From NCBI GenBank assembly GCA_016930515.1, contig JAFGGO010000061.1, positions 44,172 to 108,171 of the forward strand: DNA of 64,000 nt. The letters are read 5' to 3'. How positions within the stretch are numbered: position 1 is the first letter of the stretch; each line of letters opens with the position of its first letter. The position numbers and the translations under genes were made by a program. Shown in pieces: positions 1 to 10,208 of the stretch. Below the pieces are notes generated by a model that was given only the letters and a program-made list of their open reading frames with translations, ran no database searches and was not told where the DNA came from. The DNA is from Promethearchaeota archaeon (GTDB lineage Archaea; Asgardarchaeota; Lokiarchaeia; Sigyniarchaeales; SOKP01).

Positions 1-125
1 AAACTATCGAACGCATGTTTCGAGAATACGATAACTCCCTTCTAAGCGGTGATTCGAGACGAACAGAACCAAAAAAGTTCGGTGGCAAGAAGGCGAGGGC
101 AAGACGCCAAAAATCATTTAGGTAA
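1..125 (+). CDS. rps9: 30S ribosomal protein uS9, 3' fragment (not in ORF track)
   Basis: Frame starting at nt 3 reads TIERMFREYDNSLLSGDSRRTEPKKFGGKKARARRQKSFR*, the conserved uS9 C-terminus. Confidence 0.95.
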   Translation, partial: TIERMFREYDNSLLSGDSRRTEPKKFGGKKARARRQKSFR

Positions 126-172
126 GGCTTGTTATTTCTATTTTGTACAACTCTTTAAATAAATAAAAACAA

Positions 173-1555
173 TTAAATCTCATCTACATGATAGAGATTA
201 ATATTTGTACCTAAATTTTGAAAGTGTTCAATGAAATTAGGATAAGAATCTCCTACAATGTCAGCACGTTTTATTAAAGATGGAGAATCCGCATGCATTG
301 CTGCTACGAAACACGCCATTGCAATTCTATGGTCATCCTCGTGATCTATCTCAGAAGCTTTTAAAGTATTACAGTGATAAACAATCATTTTATTTGATTC
401 TTCTTCAATCTTCACACCCATCTTAGTTAATTCACGAGCCATCACGGCAACACGATCGCTTTCTTTTTTTCGTATGTGGGACAGGTTGTATAATTCGGTA
501 TTTCCTTCGGCAATAGCACCCACGACAGAAAGTATTGGGAAAAGATCGGGTGTTTCGAGGCAATCAATTTTAATTCCGTGTAGTGGATATTTATTTCGAT
601 TACCAATGACGATTACTTGCTTTTTATCGATGTCTACTTCGATGTGCGCACCCATTTCTCGCAATAATTCAATTATTCTTTTATCACCTTGAGAACGCGC
701 GTAATCCATATTTCTGATAACTACCAACGATTCTTCGGTTGTTAACGCCGTTGCGGCGATCACAAATGCTGCAGACGAAAAATCTCCTGGAACTTCATAC
801 ACCCGAGGTCTTATCTGTTGATTGCATGGAACGGAATAAGTTCCTATTCTTTTATCGTCTAATCGTTCGAATACGGTTATTCCAAACGACCTTAAGGCGT
901 CTAAAGTTATTTGTATGTAAGGATAAGAAACCAAGGGCGTGGTTATCTCAATTTCAACATATTTTTGTTCCCCACACGATAATTTCGTTGCCATTATTAG
1001 CAAGGCTGTTATGAATTGGGAGCTTATATCTCCTTTAATCGAGATTTTATCGCACTTTGAACTCGTTCTTTGAATTTTCAAAAGATTTTCCGAAAATTCG
1101 TATTCCCCTCCTACATAATTAAGTGCATTTAACAATTCGGCAATTGGCCGCTTTCGCTTTAAAAACTCTCCCGTAAACGAAAGACCACCTTTAACCAATA
1201 AGGCAAGGGCGCTGAAAATCCGTATAGATGTACCAGAATTCTTGCAATCAATGACTTTCTCAATCGACTTGTACGATGATTGGTCCCTTTTAATCACGAC
1301 TTTGTTATCCGATAGTGGTAAAATATTAACGCCTAAAGATTTTAAAATATCTATAGTCACGCTGACGTCTCCCGAAATCAAGGGATTTTTCACGATTGAA
1401 ACGCCTTCAGCAAAACTAGCTATTATGAACGCCCTATGAGAGTAGCTTTTTGAACCAGGTATGTATATTTCTCCGTTGAGTTTTGGCGTTGGATTAATTA
1501 CAACATCCATCAAATTATTAGTAGGACATTCTACTAAATTAATTTTAGCATTCAT
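173..1555 (-). CDS. aroA: 3-phosphoshikimate 1-carboxyvinyltransferase (EPSP synthase)
   Basis: PGSKSYSHRA, NSGTSIR, ISSQF, KESDR and DHRIAM motifs. Confidence 0.96.
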   Translation of the reverse strand: MNAKINLVECPTNNLMDVVINPTPKLNGEIYIPGSKSYSHRAFIIASFAEGVSIVKNPLISGDVSVTIDILKSLGVNILPLSDNKVVIKRDQSSYKSIEKVIDCKNSGTSIRIFSALALLVKGGLSFTGEFLKRKRPIAELLNALNYVGGEYEFSENLLKIQRTSSKCDKISIKGDISSQFITALLIMATKLSCGEQKYVEIEITTPLVSYPYIQITLDALRSFGITVFERLDDKRIGTYSVPCNQQIRPRVYEVPGDFSSAAFVIAATALTTEESLVVIRNMDYARSQGDKRIIELLREMGAHIEVDIDKKQVIVIGNRNKYPLHGIKIDCLETPDLFPILSVVGAIAEGNTELYNLSHIRKKESDRVAVMARELTKMGVKIEEESNKMIVYHCNTLKASEIDHEDDHRIAMACFVAAMHADSPSLIKRADIVGDSYPNFIEHFQNLGTNINLYHVDEI

Positions 1556-1889
1556 TTTGATATGATTAATAATGATAATTATACTTCTTTGAATTAAATC
1601 GAATAAATCAAATTCGCGTCTTTATGTGGTAAGTGTGAATTTTCTTTCTTTTTATATTGCTTCTTTAACCTACTTAAAATAAAATTAACAAATTACTCTT
1701 AATTGGATTTATGTTAGAAATTTGATCTGTTTATATCAAAACATTTTTGAGGATTATTTTCGTGAAGCGAGCTATAAGACGAAAAAGTAATTTCAAATAA
1801 GGACCTATAATAAGAGATTCTAAGGGGAAATTTGAATTTTAGAAAAGAATTACCAGGACATTAAATATAAATGATATGATTTTGATTTA

Positions 1890-3836
1890 CTATCTTTTTG
1901 GAATTTTAATATATTCTCTTAAGCTTTTAAAATTATTCAAATTAAAGTGAGGGAAATACATGGCCTCGGCAAACTCTCGTTGAAATTCGGCTCTCGATGC
2001 TAATTCAAGGTATTTTACTTGTTTGGAAAGATTCAAGGCTTTTTTTCTAAGATCCTTGTTAATCAATAAGTATTGCGCTCCAATACCCGCTGCGTTTCCT
2101 ATTTGAAATATTTTCTCGATAGGAATGTCTGGAATCATGCCAATGAATCTTGCGTTTTCTTTACTTATATAATTTCCGAAAGCTCCGGCCAAGAAGATTT
2201 GCTCGATATTCGCTTTAGATTCTTCTAGTTGATTGAGGTAATTTAGAATGATTTTTGCTCCTGAATAGAAAGCACCTTTAGCCATCTGAATTTGCCTGAC
2301 ATCATCAAGCGATATAGTAATTGCTTTTTTTAAATTCGTGTGTTTTTTCTTCACAACTACGAATTCAGCCCCATTCTCGGTTTCAACAAAATGACCGGTA
2401 TTCAAGAATTCCTTGTTGAAATTACCACTTCTTGTAAGGAGCTTGACCTTTAAAAGTTCCGCAATCAAATCTATCAGGCCCGAACCGCATATTCCAATGG
2501 GATTCTTGTTATAAATGGTGGTATAATCGACTTCGTAAGTCCGGGGATCTATTTTTACCGTGTCTATTGCACCTGCCGCTGCTCTCATACCATTTTTAAT
2601 GTGTGCTCCTTCTAAGGCAGATCCTGCTGCGCAAGAAGATGTTATTATATTTTTCTGGTTTCCCACAATGATCTCTCCGTTCGTTCCTATGTCTATTGCT
2701 AGAGTTAAATCTTCTTCTTGTTCGATTTCAGACGAGATCATGACACCCATGGTATCCGCACCAACGAATCCCGCTATGAGCGGTGCAATATACACATTGC
2801 CAAATGGGCAGATATTCAAGTTTATCTCTCTTGCCTTGATGTTTAGATCGCTTTTAAAGACAGGAACATAGGGACTACGACCGATGTGTATGGGATCCAC
2901 TCCCAAAAAGATGTGGTGCATAACGGGATTTCCCACGACTGATGCCTCGTAAATTTGAGAAGATAATATTCCAACAACAGAACAAGTCTCGTGAATTATG
3001 TCGTTTAAAGCCTTATCAACTGCATCTTTCATTAGGGCAAGACCTTTTTTTTTTTCAATTCCGTAGTAAATACGAGCAATCACATCTTCACCGAAGGCTG
3101 TTTGCGGATTGAGCCGGGAACCGATGGCACGAATCTTGCCATCCTCAAGGTTAATTAAATAACCTACAATAGTTGTTGTCCCTATATCAAATGCAATGCC
3201 ATAATTATCTTCTGTCGTGTTTCCACCTTCACAATCGATGATCTCGCAATCGTTCCAAATGCTCAGCGTGATTTCATGGTTATTTTTTCGCAAAATCGAA
3301 GGAATTTTCCGTAATGATGCCACATTGATCTCTTTTAATGTTTTTAAGCTAGACTTACGAATTAATGAAGCTAAAATCCTTTCAAGATCAGGCAAGGGGG
3401 ATTCCAAGGACGGCTCGTCGACTTTAATATATATTTTTTTTATGGTTGGATTGATTTTGATCTCCCTGTTAATTCCAGATGTGAGTATATTAAAATCTTC
3501 TAAGAGTAATTCATCTGGCAAATATATTCTAACTTTTTGAGGACCTTTGATGGTATTAGCGTTGATTTCTCCATTAATAACGCATTGACAAGCTAACCTC
3601 CAACCATCTTTGAGTTCCTCAACACTAAGATTTTTTTTTTCGGAAGCGGTAGATTGATTCGTGTATTCTAATCCTTTTTCAACCAAAACCTTGCATTTAC
3701 CACAAGAACCCTTTCCACCACAGAAAGATTTTATACTAATCCCAATCTCATGAAGTAATTCAAATGCAGTTTTCCTCCCAGAAAGAAAGACCCTACGAGA
3801 TATGGGTTCGAAATCGATGATAATATTTTTATTCAT
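1890..3836 (-). CDS. RACo/ASKHA reductive activator of corrinoid proteins with N-terminal 2Fe-2S domain
   Basis: CGGKGSCGKC...RLACQC ferredoxin; DIGTTT, DIGTNGE, GICGSG, LAGAFG and GNAA motifs. Confidence 0.92.
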   Translation of the reverse strand: MNKNIIIDFEPISRRVFLSGRKTAFELLHEIGISIKSFCGGKGSCGKCKVLVEKGLEYTNQSTASEKKNLSVEELKDGWRLACQCVINGEINANTIKGPQKVRIYLPDELLLEDFNILTSGINREIKINPTIKKIYIKVDEPSLESPLPDLERILASLIRKSSLKTLKEINVASLRKIPSILRKNNHEITLSIWNDCEIIDCEGGNTTEDNYGIAFDIGTTTIVGYLINLEDGKIRAIGSRLNPQTAFGEDVIARIYYGIEKKKGLALMKDAVDKALNDIIHETCSVVGILSSQIYEASVVGNPVMHHIFLGVDPIHIGRSPYVPVFKSDLNIKAREINLNICPFGNVYIAPLIAGFVGADTMGVMISSEIEQEEDLTLAIDIGTNGEIIVGNQKNIITSSCAAGSALEGAHIKNGMRAAAGAIDTVKIDPRTYEVDYTTIYNKNPIGICGSGLIDLIAELLKVKLLTRSGNFNKEFLNTGHFVETENGAEFVVVKKKHTNLKKAITISLDDVRQIQMAKGAFYSGAKIILNYLNQLEESKANIEQIFLAGAFGNYISKENARFIGMIPDIPIEKIFQIGNAAGIGAQYLLINKDLRKKALNLSKQVKYLELASRAEFQREFAEAMYFPHFNLNNFKSLREYIKIPKR

Positions 3837-3972
3837 CAGCTTTGGAAATGAACCTTTTGAATTTGAATTTACCTACTATAAAAACGATATTAATTACTTC
3901 GCAGGAAAGTGAAGTTTTTTTTAAATGACATCTATTCTTAAAATAGAATTAATAAAAATTCGAGTTTGAGCA

Positions 3973-5082
3973 ATGGGAGACAATACAATTGGGACGAGAT
4001 TTAAAATCACTTCTTTTGGAGAAAGCCACGGAAAGGTCGTTGGGATTGTGATTGACGGAACCCCTGCTGGGTTAGAGCTTGACATTAATTTCTTACTTTC
4101 TGAGCTTGAAAAAAGAAAAACAAGTCAGTCAAGTTTAACAACAAGTAGGGAAGAACCTGATATCCCCGAAATATTATCGGGAATGCTTGATGGTAAAACA
4201 ACAGGAGCCCCCATATGCTTGATCATACATAATAAAGATGTAGATTCTTCAAAATACGAGAAATATAAGGATTTTTTGAGACCGTCCCAAATTGACTATT
4301 CTTTATTAAAAAAGCAAGGGGGTTTTGGCGATTTTAGGGGATCAGGGCGATTCTCGGGAAGGTTAACGGCAGGTTTTGTCATGGCGGGGGCAATTGCAAA
4401 GCAAGTATTACAAAAATACGGCATTTCCGTCTTCTCCTACACTAAACGCATTGGAACCATTAGCGACGAAACAGTTTATGATGTAAGAAATCTTTACAAC
4501 TTGTTTGAATTAAGAGAAAATTCCTTAGTGAGAGCTTTAGACCACGAATTGTCTAAAAAAATGGAGAATTCGATAAAAAAAGTTAAATTGGAAAAGGATT
4601 CACTAGGAGGAGTTATTAAATGTGTTGTTTCAGGATTGCCCGAGGGTGTTGGGGGCCCAATGTTTAACAGCATCGAATCAAACTTGGCAAAAGCCATTTT
4701 TTCGATCCCTGCGGTCAAGGGAATAGAATTTGGGGCAGGATTTAAAGCCACTACGATGAAAGGTTCTGAACACAACGATCCCTGGGTCGTTAAGGATGGA
4801 AAAATAACAACTTTAAAAAATGATTCGGGAGGCATTATTGGAGGTATTTCTATAGGTACACCTATAGAATTTAATGTTGGTTTTAAACCCACACCAACAA
4901 TTGGAAAGTTACAAAAAACAGTGAGGCTCAGCACGATGGAACCCGTTGAAATGGCATTTTCCGGTAGGCATGATCCTTGCATCGTGCCTAGAGCTGTTGT
5001 AGTTGTCGAAGCGATGACCGCAATTGTAATTCTTGACTTCTTGTTACTTGAAGGAAAGATACCTACGGTCTTGAAACCCTAA
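3973..5082 (+). CDS. aroC: chorismate synthase
   Basis: FGESHG, SIPAVKGIEFG, FKPTPT and GRHDPC motifs. Confidence 0.97.
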   Translation: MGDNTIGTRFKITSFGESHGKVVGIVIDGTPAGLELDINFLLSELEKRKTSQSSLTTSREEPDIPEILSGMLDGKTTGAPICLIIHNKDVDSSKYEKYKDFLRPSQIDYSLLKKQGGFGDFRGSGRFSGRLTAGFVMAGAIAKQVLQKYGISVFSYTKRIGTISDETVYDVRNLYNLFELRENSLVRALDHELSKKMENSIKKVKLEKDSLGGVIKCVVSGLPEGVGGPMFNSIESNLAKAIFSIPAVKGIEFGAGFKATTMKGSEHNDPWVVKDGKITTLKNDSGGIIGGISIGTPIEFNVGFKPTPTIGKLQKTVRLSTMEPVEMAFSGRHDPCIVPRAVVVVEAMTAIVILDFLLLEGKIPTVLKP

Positions 5083-5447
5083 CTGTGGATAGTAATTGTT
5101 AGTAAAATGTTTTTCAAGCATAAATCATAAAAGTGGAATAAAAAAGGTTGATAATCTTGCGATAAAAGAAGTTCATAGAATAAGTCAATTGAATTATAGA
5201 TGCTCGTTTGAACTATGTGTGTTTTACGATAATGGAAGCTTGAAAACAATCGATGGTATATTGGATTTTAAATATTATCTTTATAAAAAAAGATCACTAA
5301 GGGTCTTTAATTGGGCGAAATTTACGATTATCGAGAAAAGAAAGAAAATTCTGAAGAATAAACTCGTTAATTTATTCATAATTTTCAGATAATTTTTATA
5401 CATTCAGAACCTTAATAAATATTAAAAAAAAATTGGAAATGTAAAAG

Positions 5448-5675
5448 ATGAGCAAAAAAATCGATACTAGTGGTCAATTTATTGAATTTTACAAGAAAAA
5501 AGGAGATTATCTCGTTGAACTTTCGAACAACCATCTCATGAACAAGGAATATAAAAAATCTCTTGAATTGTTAAGTCAAGCTTTCGCAATGTACGAAAAA
5601 GGCGGAGCAAACGAATTAGCGGAACAAACAAAAGCTAAATTTAATGAAATTAAGGCCAAATATTTTAAAAAATAA
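5448..5675 (+). CDS. small helical (TPR-like) hypothetical protein
   Basis: 75 aa, amphipathic helices (YKKSLELLSQAFAMYEK), ATG start in an otherwise empty interval. Confidence 0.65.
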   Translation: MSKKIDTSGQFIEFYKKKGDYLVELSNNHLMNKEYKKSLELLSQAFAMYEKGGANELAEQTKAKFNEIKAKYFKK

Positions 5676-5676
5676 A

Positions 5677-6162
5677 TTAATCTTCCATATCACTCAAATG
5701 GATTTTAATTTTTTCGATATGTGAACCTTTCCAGTAGATTTTATTACAATTTGGATTTGAGCAAGTAAAAAATTCGTTGTAAGAACGATATGTCTCTGGT
5801 TTGATTATGTCTTTTATAGCATCTTTCTTTAGAATTTTTTTTAGTAAAGAATTGCAAGCTGAGCACCTAGCTTTTTCTATTGAAAAATCTAATTTCAGAC
5901 CTAACATTTCTTTGAGATAAATTAGATTTTTATAAGGATCCAATTCTTCTAGGTAAATACAACTTTTACCAGCTCTTTTAAAAAAAGGAAGGTCTCGAGT
6001 AAGAATAATTCTATTAGATTTTAGCGCAAATTCAAGAAGTTTGGAATCTGGAGCAGAAGGTTCGACCTGTTCGGCATAAATTGTATCAAATCCAAATATT
6101 CTTAACAATCGAGCGAGTTTCCCGACCATCGCATCGCATAAAAAAGTCACTTCCTCGGTCAT
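5677..6162 (-). CDS. Mut7-C RNase (PIN-like plus Zn ribbon) protein
   Basis: FLCDAMVGKLARLLRIFGFD, ILTRD, RCSACN and C..CNKIYWKGSH motifs. Confidence 0.92.
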   Translation of the reverse strand: MTEEVTFLCDAMVGKLARLLRIFGFDTIYAEQVEPSAPDSKLLEFALKSNRIILTRDLPFFKRAGKSCIYLEELDPYKNLIYLKEMLGLKLDFSIEKARCSACNSLLKKILKKDAIKDIIKPETYRSYNEFFTCSNPNCNKIYWKGSHIEKIKIHLSDMED

Positions 6163-6274
6163 GATAATAATACTTATTTTTCAGATTTAAGTTAAAAAAT
6201 ATAACTTCAAATTTAATGATAATGACGGAAATTTATGATATATCTTGATATAGGATAATTGATTTTTATTAATT

Positions 6275-6826
6275 ATGGAATTAAGGATGAATGATCTCGT
6301 TGAAAAAGCCGTCAACTTTCATGGCCATCTATGTCCTGGTCTATTAATAGGAGTTCTTGCGTCTAAATATGTGCTTGAGCACGGTAACGATTTTTCCCTG
6401 GACGAAGAACTTGCCGCGATTGTAGAAAACGATAACTGTAGTGTTGATGCCCTTCAAGCATTACTTGGAACCACATTTGGGAAAGGAAATCTAATATTCC
6501 GCGATTATGGAAAAAATAATTATACAATTTTCAATCGAACGAATAATAAAGTAATGAAACTAAGCGTTAAAGCCAGGAATTTTGGACAAGCAACACTCAC
6601 AAGGGAGGAACGACTCGAACAGCTATTAAAATCCTCACCAGAAGAGATATTTGAAATAACATATTCAGCTGAAATTCCTCCCGAGAAAGCTCATATACAC
6701 GAATCCATCAAATGTGATAATTGTGGAGAGCCTACGATGAGCACTCGGATACGGGAATTGAGAGAGAAAAGAGTATGCATTCCGTGTTACGAGAAGTTGA
6801 ATATGGGAGTTTTTGATATTAAATAA
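6275..6826 (+). CDS. FmdE-family protein with C-terminal Zn finger
   Basis: FHGHLCPG, CSVDALQ..GTTFGKGN and CDNCGE...CIPC motifs. Confidence 0.92.
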   Translation: MELRMNDLVEKAVNFHGHLCPGLLIGVLASKYVLEHGNDFSLDEELAAIVENDNCSVDALQALLGTTFGKGNLIFRDYGKNNYTIFNRTNNKVMKLSVKARNFGQATLTREERLEQLLKSSPEEIFEITYSAEIPPEKAHIHESIKCDNCGEPTMSTRIRELREKRVCIPCYEKLNMGVFDIK

Positions 6827-6957
6827 TTCTAATATACATAAAAAATAGGATCCTGACTTTATGAAAGCGTTTATCCAATGTCGAAATTTTTTAAACTCTT
6901 ATTTAATTACTAAAATTAATTAAGTTTTAGATGACCTTTAATGGACACCTTCTCAAT

Positions 6958-7401
6958 ATGATAATTCGCGAGTTTTCCGAAAAAGATATCGATGAAATAA
7001 CCGTCTTGATGAAAAAACTTTGTATGCTCAAGGGACAAGAGTTCGACGAAAGCCGGTGGAGAGATAGCGTGGAAAACAGGCTAAGAAAAGATTCGAAATT
7101 AAAGGTCGTCATCGCATTCAATAAAGACACTGAAGAAGTCTTGGGAATGGCTCACTTTTCAGTCAGGAACACGGAAAAAGGTTTTCAAATAGGCGTTATC
7201 TCAAATCTTATCGTTATTGAAGAAAAACGACGAGAAGGAATTGGAGAGAGTTTAATGAGAAAAGGCATAGAATATTTTAGAGAGAACCACATAAATTCCG
7301 TGAGACTTGCGCTTAAATCTACTTTAGATAACGCAGCAAAAAAATTATTTCTTAAACTCGGTTTTGAACCGATTTTTATGATTTACGAACTAAAACTATA
7401 A
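6958..7401 (+). CDS. GNAT family N-acetyltransferase
   Basis: V.EEKRREGIG acetyl-CoA motif and A.KLF.KLGF; ATG 6958 preferred over 6931. Confidence 0.85.
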   Translation: MIIREFSEKDIDEITVLMKKLCMLKGQEFDESRWRDSVENRLRKDSKLKVVIAFNKDTEEVLGMAHFSVRNTEKGFQIGVISNLIVIEEKRREGIGESLMRKGIEYFRENHINSVRLALKSTLDNAAKKLFLKLGFEPIFMIYELKL

Positions 7402-7455
7402 TGAAAACATAATTAAATAATAATAACTTCATACTACAAATAAGAGGATACGACT

Positions 7456-8682
7456 ATGATAAAAGAAATTAAAAAAGGAAACACCTTCGTTGTTAGAGGT
7501 GCAACGCGAGTTAAGTTACTTGAAGGTGAATTGGAAGTTCTTGGAAAAGACATATTGCCGGGTAAGGAAGACGTTCCAACGGACGAGTCTGAATCAAGCG
7601 AAGGGATAGTCATCGTTCCAAGCGCATTGTCATTTCCATTATTCGCAACAAAAAATTCAAAACTTGAAATTTTTACAAGTAGTGATGAGAATATTGAATT
7701 AGTAAGTGAAAATTCCATCCCTCTTGAATGGAAAAAAATTAAAGATAATTTGATCGAAAAAATCAAGAATTACGAAAGTACAAAGCCTCTAAAAATAATG
7801 GTCCTGGGAATTAGTAGTGGTAAAACAACCTTAATAAAATATCTCGCCAATAATTTCATAAGAGAGGGACTTCAAGGCGGGTATTTAGATAGCGATTTGG
7901 GGCAACAAATTTTACTCCCAACCACCCTCATGGTGGGCTTGATAGACAAACCGTTCATAAACCTCAAGGAAATTGGCGAAGAAAAGAGATATTTTGTTGG
8001 AGCGACCTTTCCAAAAGGAAACCTCAAGTTTATCGTATCTCATTACACGAATGCCATGATTGAAGAATTCTCTAAAAATCACAAAAATCTCAAGTATATA
8101 TTGATTGATACGGACGGATGGGTAAAAACCGAAGCAGGATGTGTTTACAAAAGTTATTTCGTGAAGAAAGTCGATCCAGACATTCTAATCGTGTTTTTTG
8201 ACAAGGAGATCGAAGAATACGATAAAATTCTTTCCAATGCAAAGGAAAGAAAGGATAGGAATGTCATCTTGATAAACGAGAAAAACAAGTATTTCTACGA
8301 AAAATCCAAAGAAGAACGAAGGTTTCTCCGTCAAAGTCGATTTGCTCAGGTTTTTGAAAACTTTCAGAAAATTACCATCCCTTTAAGAGATTTAATATTT
8401 ATAAAACGTGATTACGATACCGAAAAAGACGAAGTTATTGAAGTTGAGTTAGGTCTTAAGAATTTAGTGAGCCTTCCATACCATTATGTAATCGTGGGAT
8501 TATTAGATGCTAATTCAAGCTTGTTAAATGTTGCGTTGCTTTTTACCGTAAACATTGAAAAAGGATACGCTTTGATTTTTACAGATCTTTCATACAAAGA
8601 ACAGAGAAAGATAAAAAAGATCTTGCTCGGAAGCTTGAGACTTTCCATAAAAGGAAACCATCAAGGATACCTTTATTTGTAG
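7456..8682 (+). CDS. Clp1/Nol9-like polynucleotide 5'-kinase
   Basis: N-terminal beta domain, SGKTT P-loop, DSDLGQQ, DTDGWV and R-rich lid (ERRFLR). Confidence 0.82.
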   Translation: MIKEIKKGNTFVVRGATRVKLLEGELEVLGKDILPGKEDVPTDESESSEGIVIVPSALSFPLFATKNSKLEIFTSSDENIELVSENSIPLEWKKIKDNLIEKIKNYESTKPLKIMVLGISSGKTTLIKYLANNFIREGLQGGYLDSDLGQQILLPTTLMVGLIDKPFINLKEIGEEKRYFVGATFPKGNLKFIVSHYTNAMIEEFSKNHKNLKYILIDTDGWVKTEAGCVYKSYFVKKVDPDILIVFFDKEIEEYDKILSNAKERKDRNVILINEKNKYFYEKSKEERRFLRQSRFAQVFENFQKITIPLRDLIFIKRDYDTEKDEVIEVELGLKNLVSLPYHYVIVGLLDANSSLLNVALLFTVNIEKGYALIFTDLSYKEQRKIKKILLGSLRLSIKGNHQGYLYL

Positions 8683-8735
8683 GTATATTCTTTACTAATA
8701 CAAACTGATCTTTTTGGATTGGATTTGATGTTCTA

Positions 8736-10208
8736 ATGGACGAGAATAAGCTCTTGAAATTCGTAGAACTCATGTCAAAAAACATCTCTGATTCTGATCT
8801 CGAATTAGTTAATTTGGGATCTTCCTTAGGATTGGATTTAGTTTCGTTTCGAGAACTCAGAGAATCTCAAGAAGACGATTTCGTCGATAAAATAAGGTCT
8901 AAAGCTCTTAAAATCATGAAAAAAAACGGAGATAATCTTTTGAGCAATAAAGACTTGTTCTACGCAGGGAGCATAGATTTCATGGTTTCTGACGAACCCG
9001 GAGGAAAAAAGTTTTTCCTTCTTGAAACGAATGGTGGGAGCAATAGGGGGCTTTCGATTCTTTCAAATAAGCAACAATCCATCATGTACAACGGTTATTT
9101 TAAGGCCATTGAGCAAGCTATCGAGAGCAATAAGAGAGGAGACGGTAGGATTTTATGTTTAGTCGGTGTTCCGATAAATGACGGATTAATTCACGAAAAA
9201 GTGATCATGCTCGATTATTTGAGAAAAAAAATCAGGGAGAAAGGAATGAGCGTGAAAATATACAATGTAAACAATTTTTCTAGCGATTTTGAAGTCGAGG
9301 TGGCTTTCTTGATTGCTGATTACAACCAATTGTCTACCACGATCTCCTTCATAGATAATTGGGTGGTTTTTAAGGAACACGCCAGAGTTTCGGTTTTAAT
9401 CGGAGATGGAATTGCTCGAAGGCTCCACGACGAGGCTTTTTCTATGTTAATACTAGAAGATTTCAGGAAGATAAATTCAATTATCATAAATCCCGTCTTT
9501 AGGATAACCGATGATAAGTCTCTTACCTACTTGGCCAGCCATTTTGCTAGGAATGAGTTGGAAAAATACGATCTGAAGTACCTTCATTTTACAAAAGCAA
9601 ATACAGAAGAAGAATTAATAGAAAAACTCAAGCACTTGTTAAAAAAATATAATAAACCCTTTATCATCAAACCAAACGGTGGTTCTGGTGGGGCAGGAGT
9701 TGTTCCTATAGGTCCCGAACAGGATTTTAACGAACTTCAAAACTTGATAGAAAAAAGTAAATCCGAATTTTTTTCAAAATTCATGAAGAATAGGAACCCT
9801 TACCCGTATACAATACAAGAAATGGCTCAATTCTCTCTTATTTGCCCACCTTGGAAGATAGATAAAATGGAAAAGCACACTTTTGATGTGAGAATTTACA
9901 TGTCACAAGATAAAGACGGTATCATCATCCCCATAGGGGGTCTTGCGAGAATTGCCCGCAAAACATATCACGGTACTCTTGATAAGGAAGAGTTTGTAGT
10001 AAACCTCTCTGGTTTTAACGGAGAAATCGAAGTGTTTCGCGGTAGAGGTATTTCAAAAAAGAACGCTGAAATTCTGGATTTAAATAAGAAAGACCTCGTG
10101 AAGATCTTTTCTATAGGTTGTATTCTTTTCGCAAGCATGGCAAATAACTACAAAAAAATAATATCATTTAACGATTGGGACAAGTTGATTGGTCAAGATG
10201 AATGTTAG
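8736..10208 (+). CDS. circularly permuted ATP-grasp amide/peptide ligase
   Basis: IDFMV...FFLLETN lies N-terminal; FIIKPNGGSGGAGV, IQE, FDVRIY, GGLARIA and VVNLS lie C-terminal. Confidence 0.75.
   Translation: MDENKLLKFVELMSKNISDSDLELVNLGSSLGLDLVSFRELRESQEDDFVDKIRSKALKIMKKNGDNLLSNKDLFYAGSIDFMVSDEPGGKKFFLLETNGGSNRGLSILSNKQQSIMYNGYFKAIEQAIESNKRGDGRILCLVGVPINDGLIHEKVIMLDYLRKKIREKGMSVKIYNVNNFSSDFEVEVAFLIADYNQLSTTISFIDNWVVFKEHARVSVLIGDGIARRLHDEAFSMLILEDFRKINSIIINPVFRITDDKSLTYLASHFARNELEKYDLKYLHFTKANTEEELIEKLKHLLKKYNKPFIIKPNGGSGGAGVVPIGPEQDFNELQNLIEKSKSEFFSKFMKNRNPYPYTIQEMAQFSLICPPWKIDKMEKHTFDVRIYMSQDKDGIIIPIGGLARIARKTYHGTLDKEEFVVNLSGFNGEIEVFRGRGISKKNAEILDLNKKDLVKIFSIGCILFASMANNYKKIISFNDWDKLIGQDEC

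Noticed and set aside
5096-5392. 98-aa ORF after aroC
   Set aside because: TTG start, no motifs, and composition like AT-rich intergenic DNA.
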